Shown: positions 1 to 9,044 of the stretch, piece after piece
How positions within the stretch are numbered: position 1 is the first letter of the stretch
How the letters are laid out: each line of letters begins with the position of its first letter
Source: Candidatus Acidiferrales bacterium
Lineage (GTDB): Bacteria > Acidobacteriota > Terriglobia > Acidiferrales > UBA7541
NCBI GenBank assembly: GCA_050746725.1
Contig: JBOGMX010000009.1
Location: 52,734 to 116,733, forward strand
Length of the DNA: 64,000 nucleotides
Reading direction: 5' to 3'
Notes under the pieces: model-generated
Databases searched by the model: none
Told to the model about the DNA's origin: nothing
Seen by the model: the letters and a program-made list of their open reading frames with translations, nothing else
Position numbers and translations under genes: made by a program

Positions 1-106
1 GCACGAACTGCCTTACGCCGCTCTCCCGAAAACACCTTCGAACGGTACCACCAATTCCGCGTCAGCCTGTAGGGAGCGGTTCTCCCCCTCGGCACCACCC
101 GTAGCG
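1..106 (+). repeat. Copy A of a duplicated ~110-nt segment (last codons of a PEP-CTERM-type gene plus ~90 nt of downstream flank)
   Basis: Colinear with 1129-1238. Both copies share the cores AACGG[T/C]ACC..AATTCCG and the exact 13-mer CCCTCGGCACCAC (86-98 vs 1218-1230), with the same 33-nt spacing between cores. About 70% identity by eye. Confidence 0.45.
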
Positions 107-479
107 TCTTTGTCTTACCCTAACGCTTTCCATTTCGTTTGTAGCAACAATTCGGACCGTCGGGGCCGAACCCGATGTGCAGCCCGCAATGAGTCCGGCC
201 ATTCGCAGAATGATGCCTTGCGTCGCTAGGTTCAGTCCCAACACAAGTTTCGAGCGCGGCTGGAAAAAGTGTGGAATGGGGCAGCCCCACGATGCTTTTT
301 ACAGAATGCGACTTCCCCAAGTGTGCAATTGATTTTCCAGGTTTTCATCCGGTTCCGGCGGGGCCAACTCTAAGTCGTTGTTCTTCAATCGGCCTTCTCC
401 CAATAATTTGCCGCGCAATGGTTCCACACCTGCTGCAGCGGTGGCGGGGTAATCCGTTCGCTGTGGCAAGGGGGATTTG

Positions 480-1148
480 ATGGCCCGCTCGACATCTACT
501 CTGCTGGTGCTGCTGTTCGTTGGGATTGCGCTGTGCGCTGCTCCCGTCCACGCCGACGGGCTCAATGTCGTGGACGAATACAATGTCAGCGGCCTATTGA
601 CCATTACAGGGAGTGGCGCTTGTCCGCCTGCCCCAGCCTGTGCCGAAACGTTGGGCTTTTCATTTTTAATTGGCAGCGTCTACAACCCAACCTACGATAC
701 AGACCCCTTTGAAGCCTACGTAGTTCCGAATTTAGGTACTTTCGAGTCTCTCGGGCCATTGGGCCAGTTTTCGTCGATATCCGGACCAGACTCGCTGTTT
801 CCGGCTGGGGAGTGCGGCCCTGAGGGGGATTGCGACTACATCGGAATCTTCGATCAATGGGGTGACGAGATCGACCTGCATTTAGCTGAAGGGCTGAGCG
901 ACGCTCCTATTGTGCCGGATGTTGTCGCGGCGGACCTTTTCACGTGCGGACAGAATATGGCGCAAACTTGTTTTCAGGATTTTTACCCAGTCCAGTTTGT
1001 CTTTGGCGAGGTGGAGGCGACGGTGACCCCGGTCACCACTCCAGAGCCTTCCACGCTGCTGATGCTCGGCACTGGCCTATTCGCTTTGGCACTGCTACGC
1101 TCCCGGCAAAAATGGTTCCCGATTGTAAGCACGCGAAATTGTCGCTAG
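480..1148 (+). CDS. PEP-CTERM sorting-domain secreted protein
   Basis: N-terminal signal peptide MARSTSTLLVLLFVGIALCAAPVHA. C-terminal PEP-CTERM motif TPEPSTLLMLGTGLFALALLRSRQK. ATG at 480 is preceded by GGGGGA. The track start at 477 is a TTG one codon upstream. Confidence 0.8.
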   Translation: MARSTSTLLVLLFVGIALCAAPVHADGLNVVDEYNVSGLLTITGSGACPPAPACAETLGFSFLIGSVYNPTYDTDPFEAYVVPNLGTFESLGPLGQFSSISGPDSLFPAGECGPEGDCDYIGIFDQWGDEIDLHLAEGLSDAPIVPDVVAADLFTCGQNMAQTCFQDFYPVQFVFGEVEATVTPVTTPEPSTLLMLGTGLFALALLRSRQKWFPIVSTRNCR

Positions 1149-1238
1149 GCCGCTCGCCTAAAGACTCCCTCAAACGGCACCGCTAATTCCGGCATAGGCA
1201 TTAGGGGTTGTGCCGCGCCCTCGGCACCACTTCACGCG
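1129..1238 (+). repeat. Copy B of the duplicated segment (spans the stop codon of the PEP-CTERM gene and ~90 nt downstream)
   Basis: See copy A. Homology starts in the last codons of the CDS (GCACG..) and continues past the TAG at 1146-1148. Confidence 0.45.
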
Positions 1239-1355
1239 AATCGATTCGAAATTTCCTCCACCACGAAACCAACATCGTGACGCGATTTGCGACGCGGTGA
1301 AATGGCCTTCGAGTGGGAATTGCTTCCGATGAAACTTCGCGCAAAGAGGCAACGG

Positions 1356-1880
1356 CTAGTTGGATTTGGGGGCGGGGTGGTCCTTGAAGAAGGCGTTGAC
1401 GTCGGGAAGTGCTTCTTGCGAGGCCTGGTTGGAGTTCGCTCCAGAGGGCGCTGCACTCGATGGAGGCAAAGTGGTATTGCCATCGGCGGGCTGTCCGTTG
1501 GTGACGACCCAGCCGTTGCCGCTACGCTGGAGCAAGTAGCTCATGGTCATGCCGCTGCCACCGCCGTTCTTGATGTGAAACGAGGCGCGCGCCTGAGCGT
1601 GATCGCCGTTGATGGCGATGGAATCGACGGTCATTTCCATGGCGCTCATATTGATTCCGTGGTTTCCCTGCAAGTGGTTTTCGATGGCCGCGCGAATGCC
1701 GTCCGCATCGGCGGGCGAGACTTGCGAAGAGGCGCCCGATTGCGTCGCGGAATCGGCGCTTGGCGAGTTCGACGCGGGCGCGGCGCTATTTGCGGACGAC
1801 GGCATCTTGCCGCTCTTGCTGCAGCCGGCGGCCACCAACAGAAGCGCTGAAGCAAAGAGCGCTGCGAAACGTGCGGTCAT
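1356..1880 (-). CDS. Small lipoprotein, function unknown
   Basis: Internal ATG at 1880 gives MTARFAALFASALLLVAAGCSKS (signal peptide plus lipobox). A Ser/Ala/Pro-rich linker and a compact alpha/beta-looking domain follow. The longer track ORF (to 2084) has an Arg-rich, non-protein-like N-terminus. Confidence 0.6.
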   Translation of the reverse strand: MTARFAALFASALLLVAAGCSKSGKMPSSANSAAPASNSPSADSATQSGASSQVSPADADGIRAAIENHLQGNHGINMSAMEMTVDSIAINGDHAQARASFHIKNGGGSGMTMSYLLQRSGNGWVVTNGQPADGNTTLPPSSAAPSGANSNQASQEALPDVNAFFKDHPAPKSN

Positions 1881-2155
1881 CGGAACGTCCTTTCTACGTG
1901 CAGCAAATGAACGCCGACCGAAACATGCGAGCCGGCGCGGGGCGAATCCTCGGCGGGTCCGGGCACAATCCTGGCGCGCGGACACTTGCGACAACGGATT
2001 TGCTGCTCCTTCGGAGGCCACGCCGCGTATCAGGAATTGTACGCCAAATTTTGTAAATTCGCGCGGCGAGTAGCGTGGACACAACTTCTCCGCGACGCGA
2101 TTTGTTCCCCCGAGCTATCGGAGAGAACGCGCTGCATCGCAGGCGAATCGATCGG

Positions 2156-2824
2156 CTAATTCGGTTTGGTAGGACTCTCGGTCAGCGCTTTCCACGCGAA
2201 GTAACCAGCGACTCCGCCGCCCGCGCCGCCGAGAATATAAAAGCCGATCTTACGGCGATCCTCGGCAGTCCGTATGTAACCTGGCTTGTGGCAGGAAGCG
2301 TCGGCAGCATGGTCAAAGGTGACACGAGCGGATTTGCCGGCAAGCACCGTGTGAAGTTCGCCGCCGTTATTGAAAACGAGATCGCCGCGATTTGCCGAGA
2401 CGACTAACTCCTTCGGTCCAGTGATGGTGACACTGCCGGAATAAAACTGTCCGCTGCTTTCCCGTACGACACCGGCCGGCGTATCGATTTCCAGGACCGC
2501 GGAGGATGTGGCGGAAAAACTGGTGCTGCCGTTGATGACGATCACGCGAACAGCGTTCGGTTGACCATCGAGCACCACTTCGCTGGAAGGAGAAAGCAGT
2601 ATCTGAGAGCCACTGAACTGGACGCGCAGACTGCCGTAGGTATCGGAATCGAGCACGTCGCAGGCGTAAACATCGCCGCCCGCCATCGCAGTTTGGTTAT
2701 CGACCATAGAGTTGTTGGCCTGCACCACGGAACCGAGCGCCTTGGATCGCGCCGCTGACGCAAATCCAGGCACAGACGCAGACAAGCACAGCAGTAGCAC
2801 TAGATAGAAAAAACGAGCACGCAT
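2156..2824 (-). CDS. Secreted beta-rich protein with C-terminal membrane anchor (possibly a FecR-like domain)
   Basis: Start at the ATG at 2824 gives the signal peptide MRARFFYLVLLLCLSASVPGFASA. The C-terminal hydrophobic segment is IGFYILGGAGGGVAGYFAW. The FecR-like call is only a resemblance. Confidence 0.5.
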   Translation of the reverse strand: MRARFFYLVLLLCLSASVPGFASAARSKALGSVVQANNSMVDNQTAMAGGDVYACDVLDSDTYGSLRVQFSGSQILLSPSSEVVLDGQPNAVRVIVINGSTSFSATSSAVLEIDTPAGVVRESSGQFYSGSVTITGPKELVVSANRGDLVFNNGGELHTVLAGKSARVTFDHAADASCHKPGYIRTAEDRRKIGFYILGGAGGGVAGYFAWKALTESPTKPN

Positions 2825-2960
2825 GAATTCCCTCCCCAAGCCTGCGATCACTTTGTGCTCAATGTGCGGGACGGTCAATTCCGAGGTAATGCAGGCGTGG
2901 TCAAAACAGCAACAGACGGGGGACTAAATTGCGCACGCTTGGATAGAGCCGCGGGTGAAA

Positions 2961-3590
2961 TTAAGCGCGCAGGCGCAGCGTGCCGCTGACGAACGGATTC
3001 CCGCGTTCATAGAATCGCAGCTTACGATCCACTGCACGGGAGATGCCGATCCGCTCGCTTACGCCGATGGGTCCGGCCGGCTTGATCGCGGAGCCGAGCC
3101 ATAGCAGGCTCGAACCATCGCAGAGATCGATGCCGTCGAAACGCTTATCAACGTCCATGGCTTCCGCCAAGCGGCCGGGGCCGCGCGCAATGTCCAAAAG
3201 GCGATCGACATTACGGCGGCGCTGCATCCGTCCGGCGCCGTCGAGAGGCTCAAGAGCGCGGATCAGGACCCCGGCGCCGACGCCAGGCGCTTCTGCACTC
3301 ACGTTCATCAGCCAGCAAGAGCCGTAGGTGAAATGAACGTAGGCATGGCCGTGCCGAAGGAAAAGGGAGCGATTGGCCGCAGTGAGGCCGCGAAAAGCGT
3401 GACCGGCGGGATCGCCAATGGGATACGCTTCGGTTTCGACAATGCGCCCGCTGAGGTGAGCGTTGGGAAGCTCGTGTACTAGCGATTTGCCGATCAAGCA
3501 GCGGGCGAGTTCGGCGCAATCCAGAGGCAGTTCCGAAAGTCGCAGGCGGCGGATGCGGAGCTCCATTTTTGCGGAAGACGTTTCCTTCAT
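2961..3590 (-). CDS. mpg: DNA-3-methyladenine glycosylase (Mpg/AAG family)
   Basis: Family-typical motifs GRIVETEAYPIGDPAGHAFRGLTAANRSLF and GHAYVHFTYG. An alternative start at 3566 (MELRI..) is possible. Confidence 0.85.
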   Translation of the reverse strand: MKETSSAKMELRIRRLRLSELPLDCAELARCLIGKSLVHELPNAHLSGRIVETEAYPIGDPAGHAFRGLTAANRSLFLRHGHAYVHFTYGSCWLMNVSAEAPGVGAGVLIRALEPLDGAGRMQRRRNVDRLLDIARGPGRLAEAMDVDKRFDGIDLCDGSSLLWLGSAIKPAGPIGVSERIGISRAVDRKLRFYERGNPFVSGTLRLRA

Positions 3591-3667
3591 TTAGGGCATT
3601 TAGGACAGAGAGTATTCAGCCGCCGGGCGGCCAAATTGTTTTACCATATCCGCAGGGAGATACGGAC

Positions 3668-3925
3668 ATGCCCTCTTGCCAACATCTAAGCGCGATTCAC
3701 AAAGTAAAACCAAGTTCGAAGGGCTGCGAGGAATGCCTAAAAGTGGGCGACACCTGGGTACATCTGCGAATGTGCCTGACGTGCGGCCACGTGGGCTGCT
3801 GCGACAGCTCGAAGAACAAACACGCCACAAAACACTTTCACGCCACCGAGCACCCGATCATGCGGTCCGTGGAGCCCGGCGAAGACTGGAAGTGGTGCTA
3901 CGTGGACGGAATGATGCTCGACTGA
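3668..3925 (+). CDS. UBP-type zinc-finger domain protein
   Basis: 85-aa Cys/His-rich product: CEECLKVGDTWVHLRMCLTCGHVGCCDSSKNKHATKHFHATEHP. ATG at 3668. Confidence 0.8.
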   Translation: MPSCQHLSAIHKVKPSSKGCEECLKVGDTWVHLRMCLTCGHVGCCDSSKNKHATKHFHATEHPIMRSVEPGEDWKWCYVDGMMLD

Positions 3926-4008
3926 GAAAGGTTCCGTTCCGCGTAGCGCATGCGTGTCACGGCCTGGAGTTGGTTCCGGAAACTTTGCGTCACCCAACGG
4001 AGAACGAA

Positions 4009-4935
4009 ATGAATCGCACAGGAGAAGCAACGGCATTGACCGGGGAGGAAGCATGGCCGGCGCTGCCTCTCTCCGAATGGCAAGCAACGCGGGACACGCT
4101 TCACATGTGGACGCAAGTGGTGGGCAAGGTACGGCTAGCGCTGGCGCCACACGTAAATCACTGGTGGCAGGCGACGCTCTACGTGACCGCGCGCGGACTT
4201 TCGACGTCGGCGATTCCTTGCGGAAGAGGAATCTTCGAGGTTGAGTTCGACTTCATTTCGCACGCATTGCAAATCCGTACGAGTTGGGACCAAGCGCGGA
4301 TGATGCCGCTTGCGCCAGTGACGGTGGCCGAGTTTTATAGGAACTTTATGGCTTCGCTCGAGTCACTGGGCATTTCGGTAAGGATTTGGCCCATGCCGGT
4401 CGAGGTTCCGAATCCGATCCGGTTCGACGAGGATACGGTGCACCAGTCATACGATCCGGCATACGCGCATCGCTTTTGGCAAATTTTGGCGACCGCGGAT
4501 ACAGTTTTCAAGGAGTTTCGCGGACGGTTTATCGGCAAGTCGAGTCCCGTGCATTTCTTCTGGGGCAGCTTCGATCTGGCGGTGACGCGCTTTTCGGGGC
4601 GGCGCGCGCCCGAGCGGCCGGGAGCGGATCGCGTTACGCGCGAAGCGTACTCGCACGAAGTAATCAGCGCGGGATGGTGGCCCGGCGGAGGAGATGTGAA
4701 ACAGCCCGTTTTCTATGCATACGCGGCGCCGCAACTGCCCGGATTTCGCGAGGCGCCGGTGAAGCCAGCGCATGCAGCATACAACGCGCAGCTCGGAGAA
4801 TTTGTGTTGCCGTACGATGACATGCGAACCGCCCACGATCCGCGGCTGGGGCTCCTCGACTTTCTACAGAGCACCTATGAAGCCGGGACGACGAGCGGAA
4901 ATTGGGATCGCGGGGCGCTGGAGAGACCCTTCTAG
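4009..4935 (+). CDS. DUF5996-family protein
   Basis: Start at the ATG at 4009 (MNRTGEATALTGEEAWPALPLSEWQATRDTLHMWTQVVGKVRLALAP..NHWW). Family assignment is from memory of this conserved N-terminal pattern. The upstream part of track ORF 3676-4935 overlaps the zf-UBP gene in another frame. Confidence 0.65.
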   Translation: MNRTGEATALTGEEAWPALPLSEWQATRDTLHMWTQVVGKVRLALAPHVNHWWQATLYVTARGLSTSAIPCGRGIFEVEFDFISHALQIRTSWDQARMMPLAPVTVAEFYRNFMASLESLGISVRIWPMPVEVPNPIRFDEDTVHQSYDPAYAHRFWQILATADTVFKEFRGRFIGKSSPVHFFWGSFDLAVTRFSGRRAPERPGADRVTREAYSHEVISAGWWPGGGDVKQPVFYAYAAPQLPGFREAPVKPAHAAYNAQLGEFVLPYDDMRTAHDPRLGLLDFLQSTYEAGTTSGNWDRGALERPF

Positions 4936-4956
4936 GCTGGTAGCCGGGCGAAACAA

Positions 4957-5724
4957 TTATGCTTGCCCGCCGTAGAGCGCGACCGCGCTCGAAGGCGAGG
5001 GAGCGGAAGGAACTTCCAGGCGCTTGCGAACGGCACGATGGCGCTTGGCAAAGTGCGCCTGTGCGCGGCGCCCCCACGCGCGCACGAAATAATAGTTAAT
5101 CGCAGCGCCAGCGGCCATTCCGACCACCGGGATCAGGCGACCAGCCCATTTTTCGGCGACGTCCTCGCCTACTCGCATGGCGATGCGGTCAATAATGCGC
5201 GGGACCAGTTGCTCCGCGGCCTGCTTGCCGAGAAAGTCGCGTCCCAGATCCACGCCCGCCGCAGTGGCGGCAGCGATCCAGAGCTGGATGTTGTCGGCCT
5301 CCGTTGAGTACTCAAACCCATGAAGGAGACTGAGCTTTTGCAACGTTCGGAGAGTAATTGTGGCGAGGGCGCCCATATCGGGGACGACGGTGAGAAAAGC
5401 GCCGATGCCAAATCCCGCGCCTTCGAGCGCGGCCAATTTCGAAGAGGCGGAAATGGTGCTCTCCGCAATCGGCGCGATGACTTCGGGCTCCAGATGAAGC
5501 ATCTGCGGCCAGGACTCTACCGGCAGTTTATGGGCGCGCTGAACGTGCTTGAGGTACTTGTGCTCGTCCACGCGCACCTGCGTATAGGCGCGGCGAAATC
5601 CAGCATTCGCGAATGCCGTTAGCGCGCCGAGGGACGGCCGAGGCTGTTTCCTCTCCGCCATATTTTGATTGGATGCGCTTGGGCGTCGAAAGGCGTCGCG
5701 AGTTCGGGGAAAAGGGCGATTCAC
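4957..5724 (-). CDS. EcsC-family protein
   Basis: Pattern KYLKHVQRAH..SSKLAALEGAGFGIGAF..LRTLQKLSLLHGF..AAINYYF, typical of EcsC. An alternative start at 5661 (MAERKQ) is possible. Confidence 0.7.
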   Translation of the reverse strand: MNRPFPRTRDAFRRPSASNQNMAERKQPRPSLGALTAFANAGFRRAYTQVRVDEHKYLKHVQRAHKLPVESWPQMLHLEPEVIAPIAESTISASSKLAALEGAGFGIGAFLTVVPDMGALATITLRTLQKLSLLHGFEYSTEADNIQLWIAAATAAGVDLGRDFLGKQAAEQLVPRIIDRIAMRVGEDVAEKWAGRLIPVVGMAAGAAINYYFVRAWGRRAQAHFAKRHRAVRKRLEVPSAPSPSSAVALYGGQA

Positions 5725-5798
5725 AGTATAGCGCCTGAAAATCGTTCAGGTTCGAATGCCGCGTCGCAACAAAATTGCCCGAGCGCGGGAGAGGCGCT

Positions 5799-8700
5799 TC
5801 AGCGCGTCATGTAATAGTAGATAGTGGGCGTGACAAACAGCGACAGAATCATCGCGATGAGCAGCCCGCCAATCACAGCGACGGCCAGCGGCTGCAACAT
5901 CTGCGAACCCGAGCCAATGGCGAGCGCCAGGGGTAGCATTCCGGCGACGGCGGCGATTGCAGTCATCACGATCGGGCGCAATCTCCGTCTGCCGGCTTGA
6001 AAAATCGATTCCTCGGGAGAGAAACCAGCGCCCCGGAACTTTTCATCAGCGTCCAGCAACAAGATGCCATTCTTCGCGACGATGCCAATGACCATGATCA
6101 GGCCCATGAACGATGACAGGTTGAAAGTGATGCCCGCGAAAAACAAAGCCACGAAAACGCCGGCCGTCGATAGCAGCGCGGACACCAGGATCGAAATCGG
6201 CGCGGAGAAATTGCGAAATTCAAAGAGCAGAACCAAGAAGACAAAGAGCACGGCGAGCGCCAGCACGAGAGTGAGATCACGGAAGGATTGCTGCTGTGTT
6301 TTATACAGGCCGCCGTATTCGATGCGGATCGATTCGGGGAGGTTCATTTTGGCGAGTGTTGCCTGAACATCCGAGATTGCATGGCCCATATCGAGGCCCT
6401 GTAGCCTGGCGGTAACGGAAACAAAGCGCTGCTGGTTATCTTGAAGAATCTCGGTCTGGCCGGGAATTTCGGTCATGTTCGCGATCGAACCCAGGGTAGC
6501 GATCTGGCCGGTAGGGCTGACGATGACCGTGTTCTCCATGGAAGAAAGCGAGGAGCGAACGCTTTCGGGATAACGGATGCGCACCGCATACGGACGGTCG
6601 TTCACCACCATGGGCTGTAATGTGGTGACGCCATCGAGCATCGCGGTTGTTTGATCGGCGATGTCCTGCGGGGTGAATCCGGCGTGCGACGCTTTCGCCA
6701 TGTCCACTCGAAATGAAACGGCTGGCCCGCTGGTGGTCGAGTCCACGCCGTTGTCGACATCGACGATAGGGTGGGCGCCGCCGATCTGAATATTTCCGAT
6801 CGCATCCGCCACGCGAATGGCCCATTCGTCGAGCAGTTTCGCGTCGGGATTGAACATCATAATGTCGATGGGCTGCGGCGCGCTGGTGAGGTCTCCAATC
6901 ATGTCCTGAAGCTTCTGCGTGAACTCGACGTCCACGGCAGGATCGGATCGGGCAACCTTGGCGCGAATTTCGTCCATGATCTGCCAAACATCACGGCTGC
7001 GATTGGTTTTTAGGTCGACGGAAATGTCTCCCGTGTTCGCTTCGGTAACGGCTGCAAGGCCGAGCTGAAGGCCGGTGCGGCGCGAAGTGCTGGCAACTTC
7101 GGGAATGGAGTCGACGATATTCAATATGCCCTGCACCATGCGATTGGATTCCTGAAGCGAACTGCCGGGCGGAGTAACGTAGTCGATGATAAAGCTGCCT
7201 TCGTCCATTTTCGGCAGCAAGTCGGAGCCGATCTGACGGTAGCAGAGGTACGATACACCGATCAGAAATACGGCCAGAATGGGCACCCATACCGGATGTT
7301 TCAGGCTTCGACGAAACCAATTCTCGTAAAACCGGATCACGCGGCCAAAGGCGCCCTTCATCAGGTGTTCTTCCTCAGCTTGCAGCATGTGGGCGATTTC
7401 GAGATCACGGTCTTGCCCTTTCGCGGCCGGAGGGGCTTGCTCCAAACTCGGCGAGGATGGCGGAGCCGGTAGTTCGGCGCGGGCAGCCGGAGGAGGAATG
7501 GACTGCTTGCGAAGCAAGTAGAGGCACAGAGTCGGCGTCCAGGTGAGCGCAAGAGTCAAGGAAGTGAGGAGCGCGGCGGCGATGGTTACCGCCATCGCGC
7601 GGAAAAATACTCCGGTGACGCCGGTAATGGCGACCAGCGGAACGAAAACCACGATCGGAGTGAGCGTGGAACCGACCAGGGCCGTCGAAAGCTCCTGCAA
7701 GGTGAGCGAAACGGCCTGGAATCTTCCCTCACCCGCCTCGCGGTGAAGCACGACGTTTTCCAGAACGACGATTGCATCGTCGATGATCAGCCCGACCGCG
7801 GCAGCCATGCCGCCCAAAGTCATCAAATCGAAGCTCTCGCCCAGGAGCTTCATTACGATGAAGGTGACTAGAAGACTGATTGGAATCACCATGCCGGCAA
7901 TGAAAGAAGTTCCCCAATCGCGCAGGAAGAGGACGAGAACCGCGGAAGCCAACAGAAGGCCGATGATGATCGCGTCGCGAACGCTCTTGATGGATTGGCC
8001 CACAATCCACGACTGATCGTAAAAGGTGCTCACGTGGATGCCGGGCGGAAGTCCCTTTTCGATCCGCGCCAATTCGGTTTTCACGGCCGTGGCCACTTGC
8101 ATAGTGTTGCTGCCACGCTGGCGATTGATGTTGATTAGTACGGCAGGCTTGCGGTTAGCGGTAACGATGGTGAAGTGCGGCCTGAACGATGGCGCAACCG
8201 TGGCAACGTTGCCCACATAGATCGGAGTGCCGTCCGGCGCATACTTGATGAACGTATTGGCCAACTCTCGCTGGTTGTGGGATTGGCCGGTAATCAGTCC
8301 TAAAAACAGCTGATGGTTTTGCGGAAAGAGACCGGGGGATTGAATGATGTTGGACCGGTCGACCGCGGCGAGGAGGCCTGAAACACTCACGCCGGTGAGC
8401 AGCAACTTAGCCGGATCGGGAACGATGTGGAATTCGGGTTCTTCCCCGCCCTGGATCACGATTGTTGAGACTCCCGGAAGCCCAGCGAGGCGCGGTTTGA
8501 TCTCGTATGTCGCGATTTGCCAGAGCTGCTGCTGAGAAATGGTCTTGGACGTAAGGCCGTAGCCGAGGATGGGAAAGCTGGAAAATTCGAGGCGCTGCGC
8601 GCTGACTTGCGCAGTCAGTGGAAGAGTGGTTTCCACGCGCGCCAGAGCCGCATTGACGCGCTGGAGGGTCTGAAACATGTCGACCTTCCAACTGAAGTAG

Positions 8701-9029
8701 AGATCTATTTCGGCGGAGCCGCGGCTGGTGGTCGACTGCACGTCCTGAATGCCCTGAACGCCGCTGACCGCTTCCTCGATGGGCCGCGTAATGGTGACGA
8801 GCATTTGGTCGATGGGCATCACGCCGTTGTCGACGGCGACGATGACGCGCGGGAAATCCGTGGTAGGAAAGACGGCTAGCGGAATGCTGAAGGCCAGGTA
8901 CGCGCCCACTAGCGCCAGAGTGACGATCAAAAAAATGATGGATTTGTGCTCGCGCGCGAACCAGTAATTTTGGGACTCGGGCAAGCCGTGGTTCGGTTTT
9001 CGGGTGTTGGTTGCGGTTGAATTCGCCAT
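5799..9029 (-). CDS. Efflux RND transporter permease subunit (CusA/CzcA-like)
   Basis: 1076 aa with a 12-TM RND architecture and two large periplasmic loops. Conserved GLIIDDAIVVLENV and IVAKNGILLLD motifs. The long cytoplasmic linker with ..RFYENWFRRSLKHP.. resembles heavy-metal (HME) RND pumps. Confidence 0.95.
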   Translation of the reverse strand: MANSTATNTRKPNHGLPESQNYWFAREHKSIIFLIVTLALVGAYLAFSIPLAVFPTTDFPRVIVAVDNGVMPIDQMLVTITRPIEEAVSGVQGIQDVQSTTSRGSAEIDLYFSWKVDMFQTLQRVNAALARVETTLPLTAQVSAQRLEFSSFPILGYGLTSKTISQQQLWQIATYEIKPRLAGLPGVSTIVIQGGEEPEFHIVPDPAKLLLTGVSVSGLLAAVDRSNIIQSPGLFPQNHQLFLGLITGQSHNQRELANTFIKYAPDGTPIYVGNVATVAPSFRPHFTIVTANRKPAVLININRQRGSNTMQVATAVKTELARIEKGLPPGIHVSTFYDQSWIVGQSIKSVRDAIIIGLLLASAVLVLFLRDWGTSFIAGMVIPISLLVTFIVMKLLGESFDLMTLGGMAAAVGLIIDDAIVVLENVVLHREAGEGRFQAVSLTLQELSTALVGSTLTPIVVFVPLVAITGVTGVFFRAMAVTIAAALLTSLTLALTWTPTLCLYLLRKQSIPPPAARAELPAPPSSPSLEQAPPAAKGQDRDLEIAHMLQAEEEHLMKGAFGRVIRFYENWFRRSLKHPVWVPILAVFLIGVSYLCYRQIGSDLLPKMDEGSFIIDYVTPPGSSLQESNRMVQGILNIVDSIPEVASTSRRTGLQLGLAAVTEANTGDISVDLKTNRSRDVWQIMDEIRAKVARSDPAVDVEFTQKLQDMIGDLTSAPQPIDIMMFNPDAKLLDEWAIRVADAIGNIQIGGAHPIVDVDNGVDSTTSGPAVSFRVDMAKASHAGFTPQDIADQTTAMLDGVTTLQPMVVNDRPYAVRIRYPESVRSSLSSMENTVIVSPTGQIATLGSIANMTEIPGQTEILQDNQQRFVSVTARLQGLDMGHAISDVQATLAKMNLPESIRIEYGGLYKTQQQSFRDLTLVLALAVLFVFLVLLFEFRNFSAPISILVSALLSTAGVFVALFFAGITFNLSSFMGLIMVIGIVAKNGILLLDADEKFRGAGFSPEESIFQAGRRRLRPIVMTAIAAVAGMLPLALAIGSGSQMLQPLAVAVIGGLLIAMILSLFVTPTIYYYMTR

Positions 9030-9044
9030 GGACGATTTGAAGGC

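Noticed and set aside
62-1352. Small minus-strand ORFs 62-244, 120-320 and 1170-1352 with similar ..WCRG.. ends
   Set aside because: The shared peptide is a by-product of the duplicated nucleotide segment (1-106 / 1129-1238). There are no start or RBS signals, and the frame is not conserved between the copies.
3676-4008. N-terminal 111-aa extension of the DUF5996 ORF
   Set aside because: It overlaps the well-supported zf-UBP gene (3668-3925) in another frame and is Arg-rich. The ATG at 4009 gives the conserved family N-terminus.
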